A DNA stretch of 28,474 bases, taken from an uncultured Desulfobulbus sp. (GTDB lineage Bacteria > Desulfobacterota > Desulfobulbia > Desulfobulbales > Desulfobulbaceae). The stretch spans positions 1 to 28,474 of the forward strand of contig CAZQKF010000001.1 in the NCBI GenBank assembly GCA_964593645.1. The letters are read 5' to 3'. Positions 1 to 8,700 of the stretch are shown in pieces (the stretch's first letter is position 1; every line of letters starts with the position of its first letter). Below the pieces are notes generated by a model. That model did not search any database, had not been told where the DNA came from, and saw only the letters and a list, made by a program, of their open reading frames with translations. Made by a program: the position numbers and the translations under genes.

Positions 1-2
1 AG

Positions 3-416
3 ATAACTCCCTTCCATTCAGCAGCTAGTGATATTAGAATTCTCTACGCCGCAGATGGCAATCAGACAATTAACACGACTCCTGCCGAATTGAAATCTTA
101 CGATAGAAATATGAACGCCAATTCTAAAGGTCCTGGACTCTATGCCGGTCTTAACTCACCAAATCCTGGAGCTGGCGAAGCGGATCTTAGTGACCTCAAT
201 ACCAAGGATCATGTCGATATGTACCTCTATGAGGTTGCCTATAACGGCGGTTGGACCATGGTTAATGGAAATGGTACTGACTATGTCGCCAAATTAACGC
301 TCAATTCTGACGGCTCTACGATTATCAATGCCGCTGCCGTACCGGTGCCCGCATCAGTATTGTTGTTTGGCTCCGGTCTGCTTGGCATGCTAGGCATTCG
401 CAGGAAGGAATCCTGA
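3..416 (+). CDS. PEP-CTERM/VPLPA-CTERM-type sorting-domain surface protein, 5'-truncated by the window edge
   Basis: The frame is open from position 3 (ITPFHSAASDIRILY...), so the TTG at 90 is not the true start. The C-terminus VPVPASVLLFGSGLLGMLGIRRKES has a VPxP motif, a hydrophobic helix and a basic RRK tail. Confidence 0.85.
   Translation: MTPFHSAASDIRILYAADGNQTINTTPAELKSYDRNMNANSKGPGLYAGLNSPNPGAGEADLSDLNTKDHVDMYLYEVAYNGGWTMVNGNGTDYVAKLTLNSDGSTIINAAAVPVPASVLLFGSGLLGMLGIRRKES
339..413 (+). other. Exosortase-type C-terminal sorting signal (VPVPA variant)
   Basis: V-P-V-P-A starts at 339, followed by a transmembrane segment with LFGSGLLG and then RRK. Confidence 0.85.
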
Positions 417-489
417 TATCAGGAACATGAAGAGAATAATTACATAAGCAAATTAATCATCTATAAAAAATTATTCATACGAGGGAAAA

Positions 490-1752
490 ATGAAGAAATC
501 TATAGTAAAATCAGCAGTACTTTGTGCCTCTGTCCTTGGTTTGGCCATGAGCGCCAACGCCGCTGTTATCAACCTTAACCTTACCGGCGCCTCTGCCGAG
601 TACACCTTCTGGTCAGCGGCCGCCCATCCGTTCCTGGCCTCTCTGGGCTGCACCGCTATTCAGGATGCCAAAACTGGCAAACAGGGTATTACAATGGGTA
701 CCTGTAACTCCGGCGCCGATACCGTATATATTCGTTATGCCTCCAAGGCCTCTTATGACGGCGTCGTCTCCCAGAAGGGCATTGATCCCTTCAACCAGAC
801 AACCTGTATCGACAAGAGTGAACGTGAATTCGCAGATGAGACCCTTGCTGATTTTTCCACGGGCGCTGTCAATGGTACCAAGTGCCAGCAAGTAACCTTG
901 GGTGCCTCTGATGTTAACGCCGGGACTTTTAATCAACAAAGCCATGGCCAGCTCTTGGGCCCCCTGGGCGGCGGTCAGTATGATCCCTCTTTTAGTGGTA
1001 TTGATGCCAGCGGACTCACTACCTACAACCCCATTGTCGTGCCCTTCAGTTTTTTCAAGACTATCGATGTGCCGACCAATAACATGACCCGCCTGATGGC
1101 CACCCAGATTTTCGGTGGTACGGTTGCCGATTGGGGTGCCTTTAATCCTCTCTGGGCTGGTGTTCCGGTCGCTGCCTGTCTGCGTCACGCCGGTTCCGGC
1201 ACTCACGCCACCCTGGACGCCGCAGTCTTCCGTGGTGAAGCAAAGATGTCTACGACTGAAGATGCATTCGGCTTCTTTGGTCCAGTTACTTATTTCAATG
1301 AGGGATCCAGTGACCTGGTCAGGTGCCTCGAGTGGGCCCATACCAATGGCTACGGCGCAGTCGGCTATAGCGATGTTGACAAGGTTCTTGATGTAAATGG
1401 TCAAATTATCACTGACCCCGCTAATGCCGTGAACGGTGTTATGCAGATGTCCTATCAGGGCGAGCAGGCCGTTAAGAGCAATATCGTCAACGGCGTTTAC
1501 GATTTCTGGTCGTCACAATGGATCTTTGAAGATACCTGTGAAACTATGGTTCCGGCTCCTCTCGGCTGTACAGGTGGTGATGATCCTAAAGGTGTAGCCG
1601 CTGGCGGCGCCCTGCATACCTATATTACCCAGATGATGGCTTTTGCCTCTGACCCAGCTAATATTGCTCTGTCCGGCAAGGGTGATTTCTGGGCCGCTCA
1701 AGGTGAAATGCATGTCAGTAAGGCTTCCGACTGGGCATGGCCTACCCGCTAG
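490..1752 (+). CDS. Secreted periplasmic-binding-protein-fold protein, PstS/DING-like
   Basis: RBS GAGGG at 481-485. Signal peptide ends in ANA|A. N-terminal LTGAS, central GASD and LRHAGSGTH resemble the G-A/S-S/T, G-x-S-D and R-x-x-x-SGT anion-binding segments of PstS-family proteins. There are 8 Cys in the mature part. Confidence 0.6.
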   Translation: MKKSIVKSAVLCASVLGLAMSANAAVINLNLTGASAEYTFWSAAAHPFLASLGCTAIQDAKTGKQGITMGTCNSGADTVYIRYASKASYDGVVSQKGIDPFNQTTCIDKSEREFADETLADFSTGAVNGTKCQQVTLGASDVNAGTFNQQSHGQLLGPLGGGQYDPSFSGIDASGLTTYNPIVVPFSFFKTIDVPTNNMTRLMATQIFGGTVADWGAFNPLWAGVPVAACLRHAGSGTHATLDAAVFRGEAKMSTTEDAFGFFGPVTYFNEGSSDLVRCLEWAHTNGYGAVGYSDVDKVLDVNGQIITDPANAVNGVMQMSYQGEQAVKSNIVNGVYDFWSSQWIFEDTCETMVPAPLGCTGGDDPKGVAAGGALHTYITQMMAFASDPANIALSGKGDFWAAQGEMHVSKASDWAWPTR

Positions 1753-1801
1753 CATGTTGCCTGTATAATTAGCACCGTTTTACCAGATTGATGTTTTAAT
1801 T

Positions 1802-1837
1802 AAAAAAACCAGGGGGCTCCGGCTCCCTGGTTTTTTT
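1802..1837. terminator. Intrinsic terminator, probably bidirectional
   Basis: A7-CCAGGGGGC-TCCG-GCTCCCTGG-T7: a 9-bp stem (one G-U pair), a UNCG-type tetraloop, and A7/T7 flanks. Confidence 0.9.
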
Positions 1838-1996
1838 ATGTCTGCCGAAACTCTCCGCTTAATTGAAAATTAATTTAATTCTAACCTGAGCGAAATACGG
1901 TTGGTTTAAGTTTGATGCGTTTCTGTCGACAAACCGTGGCCGTAGTTTCTGTGACCTTTGTCCCCTGCCTGTTAATTTTTTTACCGGATATGCAAA

Positions 1997-2893
1997 ATGA
2001 AATACGAAAAAATCGAACGACAACTCTCCTTTGTCATGCTCCTCGTTTTTTCTGCCCTGCCGATGAGCGGCTGTGCCGCCAATCGGCATCTGAAATCTAC
2101 GACAAGGACTGTACAGGAAAATGAACAGGTTGCGGTCTCCTACACCTGCACTCTGGCAGATGGTAGCCTCGCAATCACCAACCAGCAGCAGGTTGCTGAC
2201 GACCCGGCAATGACCAGATCACCCCTTTTCAGGACGCCGAAGGAGTTTGGCCCGCAGTTTATGACTGCGACCTTAAAACCAATGATTGATCCAACCGGCC
2301 ATACAAAAATTCTTGGTTTTAAATTCAAGAGTTTTGAAGAGGCGGTTACCGAGCAACTTGCCGGTCGCCTGGTTGGGCTGCCCTACGACGAGGTGCGGCA
2401 GGTGCGTCTGAGTTCTACTGTTCCAGATGGTTTAGAAGCCAGGGATCGTTACCTGAAAAGATACCGTAAGACCCGTCATCCAAAAGTGCTCAGGGTTCCT
2501 CTCTGGCAGGTGACCGAGCAGTTGGGAAAAGCCCCGGTTGCCGGGGCTAAATGGCAGGGTAAGGACGGGATCACCTTTATTGTTGACTCGGTGGACGGCA
2601 AAGTCGTCCACCTGCGGCGTCAAATTAAGTCTGGCGCAAAGCTGCAGACACCATTCGGGCCAGCCGAGGTCAGCGATGATGGTGATTCATATACCCTGAA
2701 TATTGATCCAAAGGTGGGCACCGTTGTGCGTAGCGGGCCATTGGTTGGCCGCATATCCAGGGTAAGTGACCAGTCTTTTCAGCTTGATTACGGTAACCCT
2801 TACGGTTTTGAAGATCTTGATTGTCGAGTGCGGATCGAGAGGCCGGACGGCGAAGCCGCAAACGGCGTCGCTTCGAATCCAGTCGTTCAGTAA
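1997..2893 (+). CDS. Lipoprotein, degenerate SlyD-like FKBP-type PPIase/chaperone
   Basis: Lipobox MSGC. VAVSYTCTLADG matches the first FKBP strand. C-terminal DYGNPYGFEDLDCRVRI aligns with SlyD DFNHPLAGKTLxFxVxV. Paralogous to the next gene. Confidence 0.7.
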   Translation: MKYEKIERQLSFVMLLVFSALPMSGCAANRHLKSTTRTVQENEQVAVSYTCTLADGSLAITNQQQVADDPAMTRSPLFRTPKEFGPQFMTATLKPMIDPTGHTKILGFKFKSFEEAVTEQLAGRLVGLPYDEVRQVRLSSTVPDGLEARDRYLKRYRKTRHPKVLRVPLWQVTEQLGKAPVAGAKWQGKDGITFIVDSVDGKVVHLRRQIKSGAKLQTPFGPAEVSDDGDSYTLNIDPKVGTVVRSGPLVGRISRVSDQSFQLDYGNPYGFEDLDCRVRIERPDGEAANGVASNPVVQ

Positions 2894-2920
2894 AACCTAA
2901 GCTGTAAGCTTAAGGTATTT

Positions 2921-2929
2921 CCCCCCCCC
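2921..2929. repeat. Intergenic poly-C tract (C9)
   Basis: Nine consecutive C residues, 31 nt upstream of the ATG at 2961. Confidence 0.9.
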
Positions 2930-2960
2930 GTTTATTCGGGAGTAAGAGGAGTATTGCAAA

Positions 2961-4064
2961 ATGAAACAGAAGATAAACGTCTTTATCCTGATGGTCTTGC
3001 TGCTTGCCATGAGCGGCGGTAGGGCGGACAGCAGGACGAGGCTCGATATGGCCCAGCGGATAGAGGCTGGAGACCTGGCGACGGTTGATTATACGGTCCG
3101 CCTTGCCGACGGAACGTTGGTTGTCTCGACCAGTGATGTTGGGCAGGCGGAAATGGTGGTAGCGGGCAAAAAGGCATTATTTCCGATGCTGGGCAAGGCG
3201 GTAATCGGCATGGAAAAAGACGAAGTAAAACATTTGACTATCTCGCCCGAGTCAGGCTTCGGGCTCTATGACCCGGACCAGGTGAAGACCTTGCCGGTTC
3301 AACAGAAAATCCCCCAAACCGAACAAAAGACTATGGCCGAGGTAAAAAAACGCCTTGGCAGTCCGAAAACAAAGGTCAGGCCCGGCATGGAGGTGCCGCT
3401 TCTGCCCTTTTTCAAGAGCCGGATTATCAAAATAGACGGCCAGACAGTCACTGTCAGCCATCTGGTCAAAGACGGCAGCGAGATCGATACGCCCATTGGC
3501 AAGACCTCTATTAGACTTGCAAACGGCAAAATTGTTCTGACGCTGCACCCCACGATCGGGGCGCCTTTTGTCCGGCAGGGCAAGAAGGGCTTCATTACAG
3601 CTGCCGATGATAGGGAGTTTAGTGTCGATTTTAATCATCCTTTGGCCGGCAAAACCATCAACCTCAATCTCAAGGTACTAAAAATACGCAAAAAGGCTCA
3701 ACTCGCAGACATTGGCCCTATCGAGTGGCAGAAGAATCTGAAAGAGGCCAAAGAGGTAGCCAGAAACAGGCATAAACCAGTTTTCCTGTTTCTGTATGCC
3801 GATTGGTGCCCGTGGTGCAAAAAGCTGGAAACTGATGTGTTGACCGATATTCGCATCAAGATGCTGCAGGATGACTTTGTCTGGGTCAAGGTCAACTCTG
3901 ACAAGGAGCAGAACTATAAGAAGGAGTACCAACAGCGTGGCTTCCCGCTTATCGTGCTGCTCGATGAAGAAGGACAGCCTGTCTCACGGATCGACGGGTT
4001 TCAGGATAGTGCCGCCCTGCGCCGGGGCTTGCTCGGTTGGTTAAACACCAGAAAGAGGGGATAG
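2961..4064 (+). CDS. Exported SlyD-like FKBP-type peptidyl-prolyl isomerase fused to a C-terminal thioredoxin-fold domain
   Basis: RBS GAGGAG and a signal peptide. FKBP motifs GDLATVDYTVRLADG, ISPESGFG and VDFNHPLAGKTINL. Then LFLYADWCPWCKKL (CPWC at 3807-3818) and a GFPLIVLLD cis-Pro loop. Confidence 0.85.
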   Translation: MKQKINVFILMVLLLAMSGGRADSRTRLDMAQRIEAGDLATVDYTVRLADGTLVVSTSDVGQAEMVVAGKKALFPMLGKAVIGMEKDEVKHLTISPESGFGLYDPDQVKTLPVQQKIPQTEQKTMAEVKKRLGSPKTKVRPGMEVPLLPFFKSRIIKIDGQTVTVSHLVKDGSEIDTPIGKTSIRLANGKIVLTLHPTIGAPFVRQGKKGFITAADDREFSVDFNHPLAGKTINLNLKVLKIRKKAQLADIGPIEWQKNLKEAKEVARNRHKPVFLFLYADWCPWCKKLETDVLTDIRIKMLQDDFVWVKVNSDKEQNYKKEYQQRGFPLIVLLDEEGQPVSRIDGFQDSAALRRGLLGWLNTRKRG

Positions 4065-4067
4065 GCA

Positions 4068-5684
4068 ATGGCAGTCAAGCACCAAACAAAGCCTCTCCAG
4101 GTCATCATTTTTATGTTCGGCATCATACTCCCCGCTTTAATCAGGCCAGCGGCTTTACTGTATGCCGCAGATTCCGGCAAGGGTGCCACTTTTGCCATCA
4201 GGTCTTTTAACCTGAAAGGCAACACTATATTTGACGACCTTGCCATGCTGCCGACGCTGCTGCCCTTTATCGGGCCGGACAAGACAGCAGCGGACGTGGA
4301 GGCATCACGAGACGCCGTGGAGAAATTTTATCACGACAAGGGATATCCGGCAGTATTGGTTAACATCCCGGAGCAAACGGTGGACAACGGCGTCATCCGG
4401 CTTGGTATAGTGGAGAGCCGGCTTCGCAAGGTAAGGGTAACCGGCAACAAATACCATACCAGGGAAATGATCATGAAGCAGCTTCCAGCTCTGCAGCCGG
4501 GGGAGATACTTTATTTGCCGGATGTGCAGGCCGAGTTGACTGTAATGAATAGCGATCCTGACATGAAGGTGGCGCCGTTACTGATGCCTGGTCGAGATCC
4601 CGGCACCATCGATATTGAACTCAAGGTTAAGGATAATCTGCCGCTGCATGGCAGTCTTGAGCTTAACAACAGGTACTCGCATGATACCACGAAGCTGCGG
4701 TTGAATGGTTCAATCCGCTACGACAATCTGTGGCAGAAGCATAATTCACTATCCGGCCAGTTTCAGATCTCTCCACAGAGGCTCAATGAGGTTCTTGTTC
4801 TGTCTGCCTCGTATGTCATGCCAGCGCCCTGGAAAAAAGACAATAAGATCATTATGTATGCCATTAGCTCGGACAGTGACACCGCTTTTGGAGAGGGGTT
4901 TCAGGTGAAGGGCAAGGGCCGGATTTACGGAGTAAGATATCTTGTGCCGCTGCCGATATACCAGTCTTACTCTCATAACATTACGATGGGAATAGATTAC
5001 AAGGACTTTGACGAAAGCCTGGGTTTTGCCTCCTCCCCCGGCAATCCAGTGAAAACGCCTATCACCTATATGCCTCTTTCCCTATCGTACAGCAGCCAGC
5101 TGGCCGGGGAAAACGGCTACACCGCCTTCAGCGCTTCTTTAAACATGGCTCTGCGCAATATGGTCACCGACCAGCGTCAGTTTGAGGTCAAACGTTTCCG
5201 GGCCAAGGGCAATTATGTTTACCTCACCCTGGGTGTGGAACAAACAATCAGACTTCCCTATGATTTAGGGCTTTACGCCAAAGTAGATGGCCAGGTCGCC
5301 AGTGAACCGTTGATTGCCAATGAGCAGTACAGTGCCGGTGGCATGGAAAGCGTACGAGGCTATCTGGAAAGCGAGGACTCCGGGGACAATGCGGTACACG
5401 CCACCATGGAGTTGTCGGCTAAACGGCTGGACAGTGCCCTTGATTTCTGGCCCCGGGCATTCTCCCTGACGCCTTATGGCTTTGCCGATTTTGTCCGACT
5501 ATGGACCAAGGAGCCGTTGGCTGGCGAAAAGGATGCCCGTAATCTGGCCTCTATCGGGCTGGGGGCGCGTGGTCAGGCCGGGGCATTCGTATATCGGGGC
5601 GATATTGGTTTGCCATTGGTTGACAGTGGTCGCATTAAAAAAGGCGATTACCTGATCCATTTTAAAATGGCCTACGAATTCTAA
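4068..5684 (+). CDS. TpsB, ShlB/FhaC/HecB-family two-partner secretion outer-membrane transporter
   Basis: Signal peptide; POTRA segment (FNLKGNTIF...YHDKGY...VNIPEQTVDNGVIRLGIVE); barrel entry GSLELNNRYS; loop-6 motif GGMESVRGY; C-terminal Phe (MAYEF). Confidence 0.92.
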   Translation: MAVKHQTKPLQVIIFMFGIILPALIRPAALLYAADSGKGATFAIRSFNLKGNTIFDDLAMLPTLLPFIGPDKTAADVEASRDAVEKFYHDKGYPAVLVNIPEQTVDNGVIRLGIVESRLRKVRVTGNKYHTREMIMKQLPALQPGEILYLPDVQAELTVMNSDPDMKVAPLLMPGRDPGTIDIELKVKDNLPLHGSLELNNRYSHDTTKLRLNGSIRYDNLWQKHNSLSGQFQISPQRLNEVLVLSASYVMPAPWKKDNKIIMYAISSDSDTAFGEGFQVKGKGRIYGVRYLVPLPIYQSYSHNITMGIDYKDFDESLGFASSPGNPVKTPITYMPLSLSYSSQLAGENGYTAFSASLNMALRNMVTDQRQFEVKRFRAKGNYVYLTLGVEQTIRLPYDLGLYAKVDGQVASEPLIANEQYSAGGMESVRGYLESEDSGDNAVHATMELSAKRLDSALDFWPRAFSLTPYGFADFVRLWTKEPLAGEKDARNLASIGLGARGQAGAFVYRGDIGLPLVDSGRIKKGDYLIHFKMAYEF

Positions 5685-5701
5685 CATAACAGGTGATTCT
5701 A

Positions 5702-8700
5702 ATGGTCAGCAAGTCCAAGAAAAAATACAGACTGTTTACTTTGCAGTTAATCATTGCCGCATCCTCGTATCTCTTTCTGCCGTCGCATCTAGAGGCAGCC
5801 CAGAGACTTCCGGCGGGCTATTACGCTGCTCAGAAGGTGCTGAACGGTCTGGTGTTACCGCCGCCAGCCTCCAACGCCCTGCCAAATATCAGGCAGGTGA
5901 TCAGCGGCGTGGCGGGTCTGGAAAAGAATGCGGCGGGTAACCGCCTGACAATTCATCAGAACGGCAAGAAGGCGATTCTCGACTGGAATTCTTTCAACAT
6001 CGGCGCCAATGCCGAAACGGCTTTCGACCAGCAGGGACATGCAAACTGGGCAGCTCTCAATCGGATCTACGACAACGACCCGAGTCAGATCTTTGGCAAA
6101 TTAAAGGCCGACGGCAAGGTCTTTCTGCTCAACCATAACGGCATCCTGTTTGGCCCAGATTCCACAACCAATGTCCATTCCCTGGTCGCCTCTTCTCTGA
6201 ACCTAGATCAAAACGATTTTCTGAATAATATAATGCACTTCAAGACGGCCGCTGGAGTTGGCGAGGCGCCGGGTGCCGTCATTAATCAGGGCAGCATTAC
6301 CACCGACCAGACGGGTTCGGTGTTTCTTATTGGCCCCAGGGTTGAAAACAGCACAGTGCTTGATGGAAACGGCAAAGTTAAAAGCAGCGGCACAATCAAT
6401 GCCCCGGCCGGTCAGATCGGCCTTATTGCCGGTGAGGATGTCACTATTGTGCCAGTGACTGACAAGAATGAGGCTAAAACTCGTCTCGCATCTAAGGTTA
6501 GTATTAACGATGGGCTTGGTACGGCTGTCAACATGGCGCATAGCAGGCTCGAGTCTAAAACCGGGCTTATCGGTATGTACGGTAAGGTAGTTAACCAGGA
6601 AGGCATGATCCGTACCGTGGTGGCTCTTGAGAACCAGAACCGGACGGGTATAGAACTTATGGCCAGTGATCATATAACAACCGGCCCAGACAGTGTCACC
6701 GAGGCCCCCATCTCCACAACAAACAAGACTCAGATTCTCAAATCAAAATTTAAGGGTGGCGATATTTGGTTTGGCGGCCTGTCGTCGGGCAAATACAATA
6801 AGGATACTCGCACAGGCTGGATCAAGCATGAGGGTAAAATTACAGCCCCGACCGGTGTCGTTACCATGAAGGCCGCTCAGAGGATCCTATTGGACTCTGG
6901 TTCTTCCATAGACGTCAGCGGTAACTGGGTCGCTCGACCCATGGAGGATGCCTTTGTTAACGTAAAACTGACCAGTGAGGTGCTACGAGACAATTATGTC
7001 AATAAAAACGGCCCTCTATTTGGCGCTACTATCAGGGTCAATGCCAGAGAAGGCACATCCATAGGCGATATCAGCGGGGCGCTGGCGAGAAGGGAGAATA
7101 CTGCTCTACAGAATAGTACGACCGCCGGCACTATCACCCTGGATGCCTACAGCGGTACTGTAGTCATCAATCCCGGTGCCAGTCTAGACTTTGCTGGTGG
7201 TGGCACGGTCTATAAGTCCGGTCTGGTGGCTACTACCAAACTAGTCGCCAATAATAAGGCTTACGATATTGCCAAGGCCTCAGAGAACCTCATCTATGAA
7301 GGCGTCTTCGGTTATTATGAAAAGAAGTTTGAACGCTATAATACCACTGATGTCTACTCCGGGACATCATACGGCAATGGCACCATGAAATACTTTGAGG
7401 GTTTTACCGAAGGCAGTGATGCCGGCCGTTTGGAAATTACGGCCAATGCGCTGGCCCTGAACGGCAGTCTGAATGGCCATGCCATTGCCGGTATCTATCA
7501 GACCGAGAAGAAGGAAAATGTAAACAGCTTCGAAAAGCTGGTCACCAGAGGCCGCAGGAGGCCGCAGGGTGGTGCATTGACTCTGCAAGGCCCCGCATCC
7601 GGCACACAAAATGTTGTAGATAATTTTGATGCAGTTGTTATAGCCGCTGGCTGGGGAGCCGGGATACGACTATCCATGGACGATTTATTGCCCACTACGA
7701 CTGTTAACGGCATTTCCCAGGCCGCCACCATTCTCCCGGCCGATATGATCAGTTTCGCAGGACTTTCTTATCTGGGTGTTGCCGCCGATACTTCTCTGGA
7801 GATAGACAAGGATGCCGTGCTTCGCCTTGAGGCTGGCGGGGAGCTGACGGGCAGGGCCCGTCTGGTCATCAACCGGGGGGCTATCGATATACCCGGTGGA
7901 ACGGTAAGCCTTTACAGCGATGAAAATATGACCGCTTACCACTCCACTGACCCTGATACTCCCGATAAATATATTGACATGCCAGAGGGGATCGTGCTCA
8001 CCAATACCAGCCGCATCGATGTCTCGGGGGAGGAAATAGACAACCGACAGGTCGGTCAAATTGCAAATGGTGAACTGCGGCATGGAATTATTGCCGGGGG
8101 TAAGGTTTCACTTCATGACGAAATCGACTACACCCGCAGCGACGGCCAATTAGTGATCGACAAGGGGGCCGTGGTGGATGTCTCGGGCGGCTACGAGATT
8201 ACAACGAAGGGCGAACTACTGGGCGGCAATGGCGGCCAGATCGACCTTCAGGGCACCGCTATAGTGCAGGAAGGTATCCTGCGTGGTCGTTCCCTCGCCG
8301 GGTCTTCTGGCGGTACTATTGCCTTGCACAGCGAACGGGTTCTGATTGGTGGCAAGGTTCCGGAACTGCCGGGTAACAACGACGGCCCCCAACCACTGCC
8401 GGTTGACTTTTTCGCCGGCTATCTGCCCGAGAATCTTAAGGGCGGCCCAATAGATGAAACGGCACCGGGGCGGGCCAGGGGCCTGGTGCTGGATCCCGAT
8501 AAACTTCGTGATTCCGGTTTCGCCAATATAATAGTGAAAAGCGTTGGAGATCTTTTTGTGCAGAGCGGCACCGAACTTTCTCCCTCGGCCTCAAAAAATG
8601 CCTCTCCGTTGCGAAATACACCAGTATCCGCCAGGAATGGTGGTGCACAACAGGAACCAGAAGTGGTGCAGATGGAGGAAGACCTGCTTGGCCCAACCTC

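Noticed and set aside
327-341. NAAAV just before the CTERM signal as a LapG site
   Set aside because: Ala-rich linkers before VPxP motifs are common and there is no following Gly.
613-1404. 263-aa antisense ORF, plus the many other antisense or off-frame ORFs inside long genes (e.g. 12878-13477, 15394-15897, 23025-23495, 27210-27674)
   Set aside because: They are fully nested opposite or within well-supported genes and show no recognisable motifs. They are the expected shadows of codon bias.
1859-1877. Fur box upstream of the FKBP-TPS block
   Set aside because: Only 10/19 match to GATAATGATAATCATTATC in an AT-rich stretch.
1923-1941. Pho box (CTGTCGA-CAAA-CCGTGGC), attractive given the PstS-like gene
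   Set aside because: The second half-site is too degenerate. The TGTCAT at 15966 also lacks a partner at 11-bp spacing.
1912-2124. 70-aa ORF overlapping the start of the first FKBP gene
   Set aside because: It has no motif and overlaps a better-supported lipoprotein gene in another frame.
6245-6256. Exact TAAG motif as the main LapG site
   Set aside because: It lies inside the N-terminal TPS domain, which is expected to be folded and exported. Kept only as a secondary candidate to the C-terminal DAAG.
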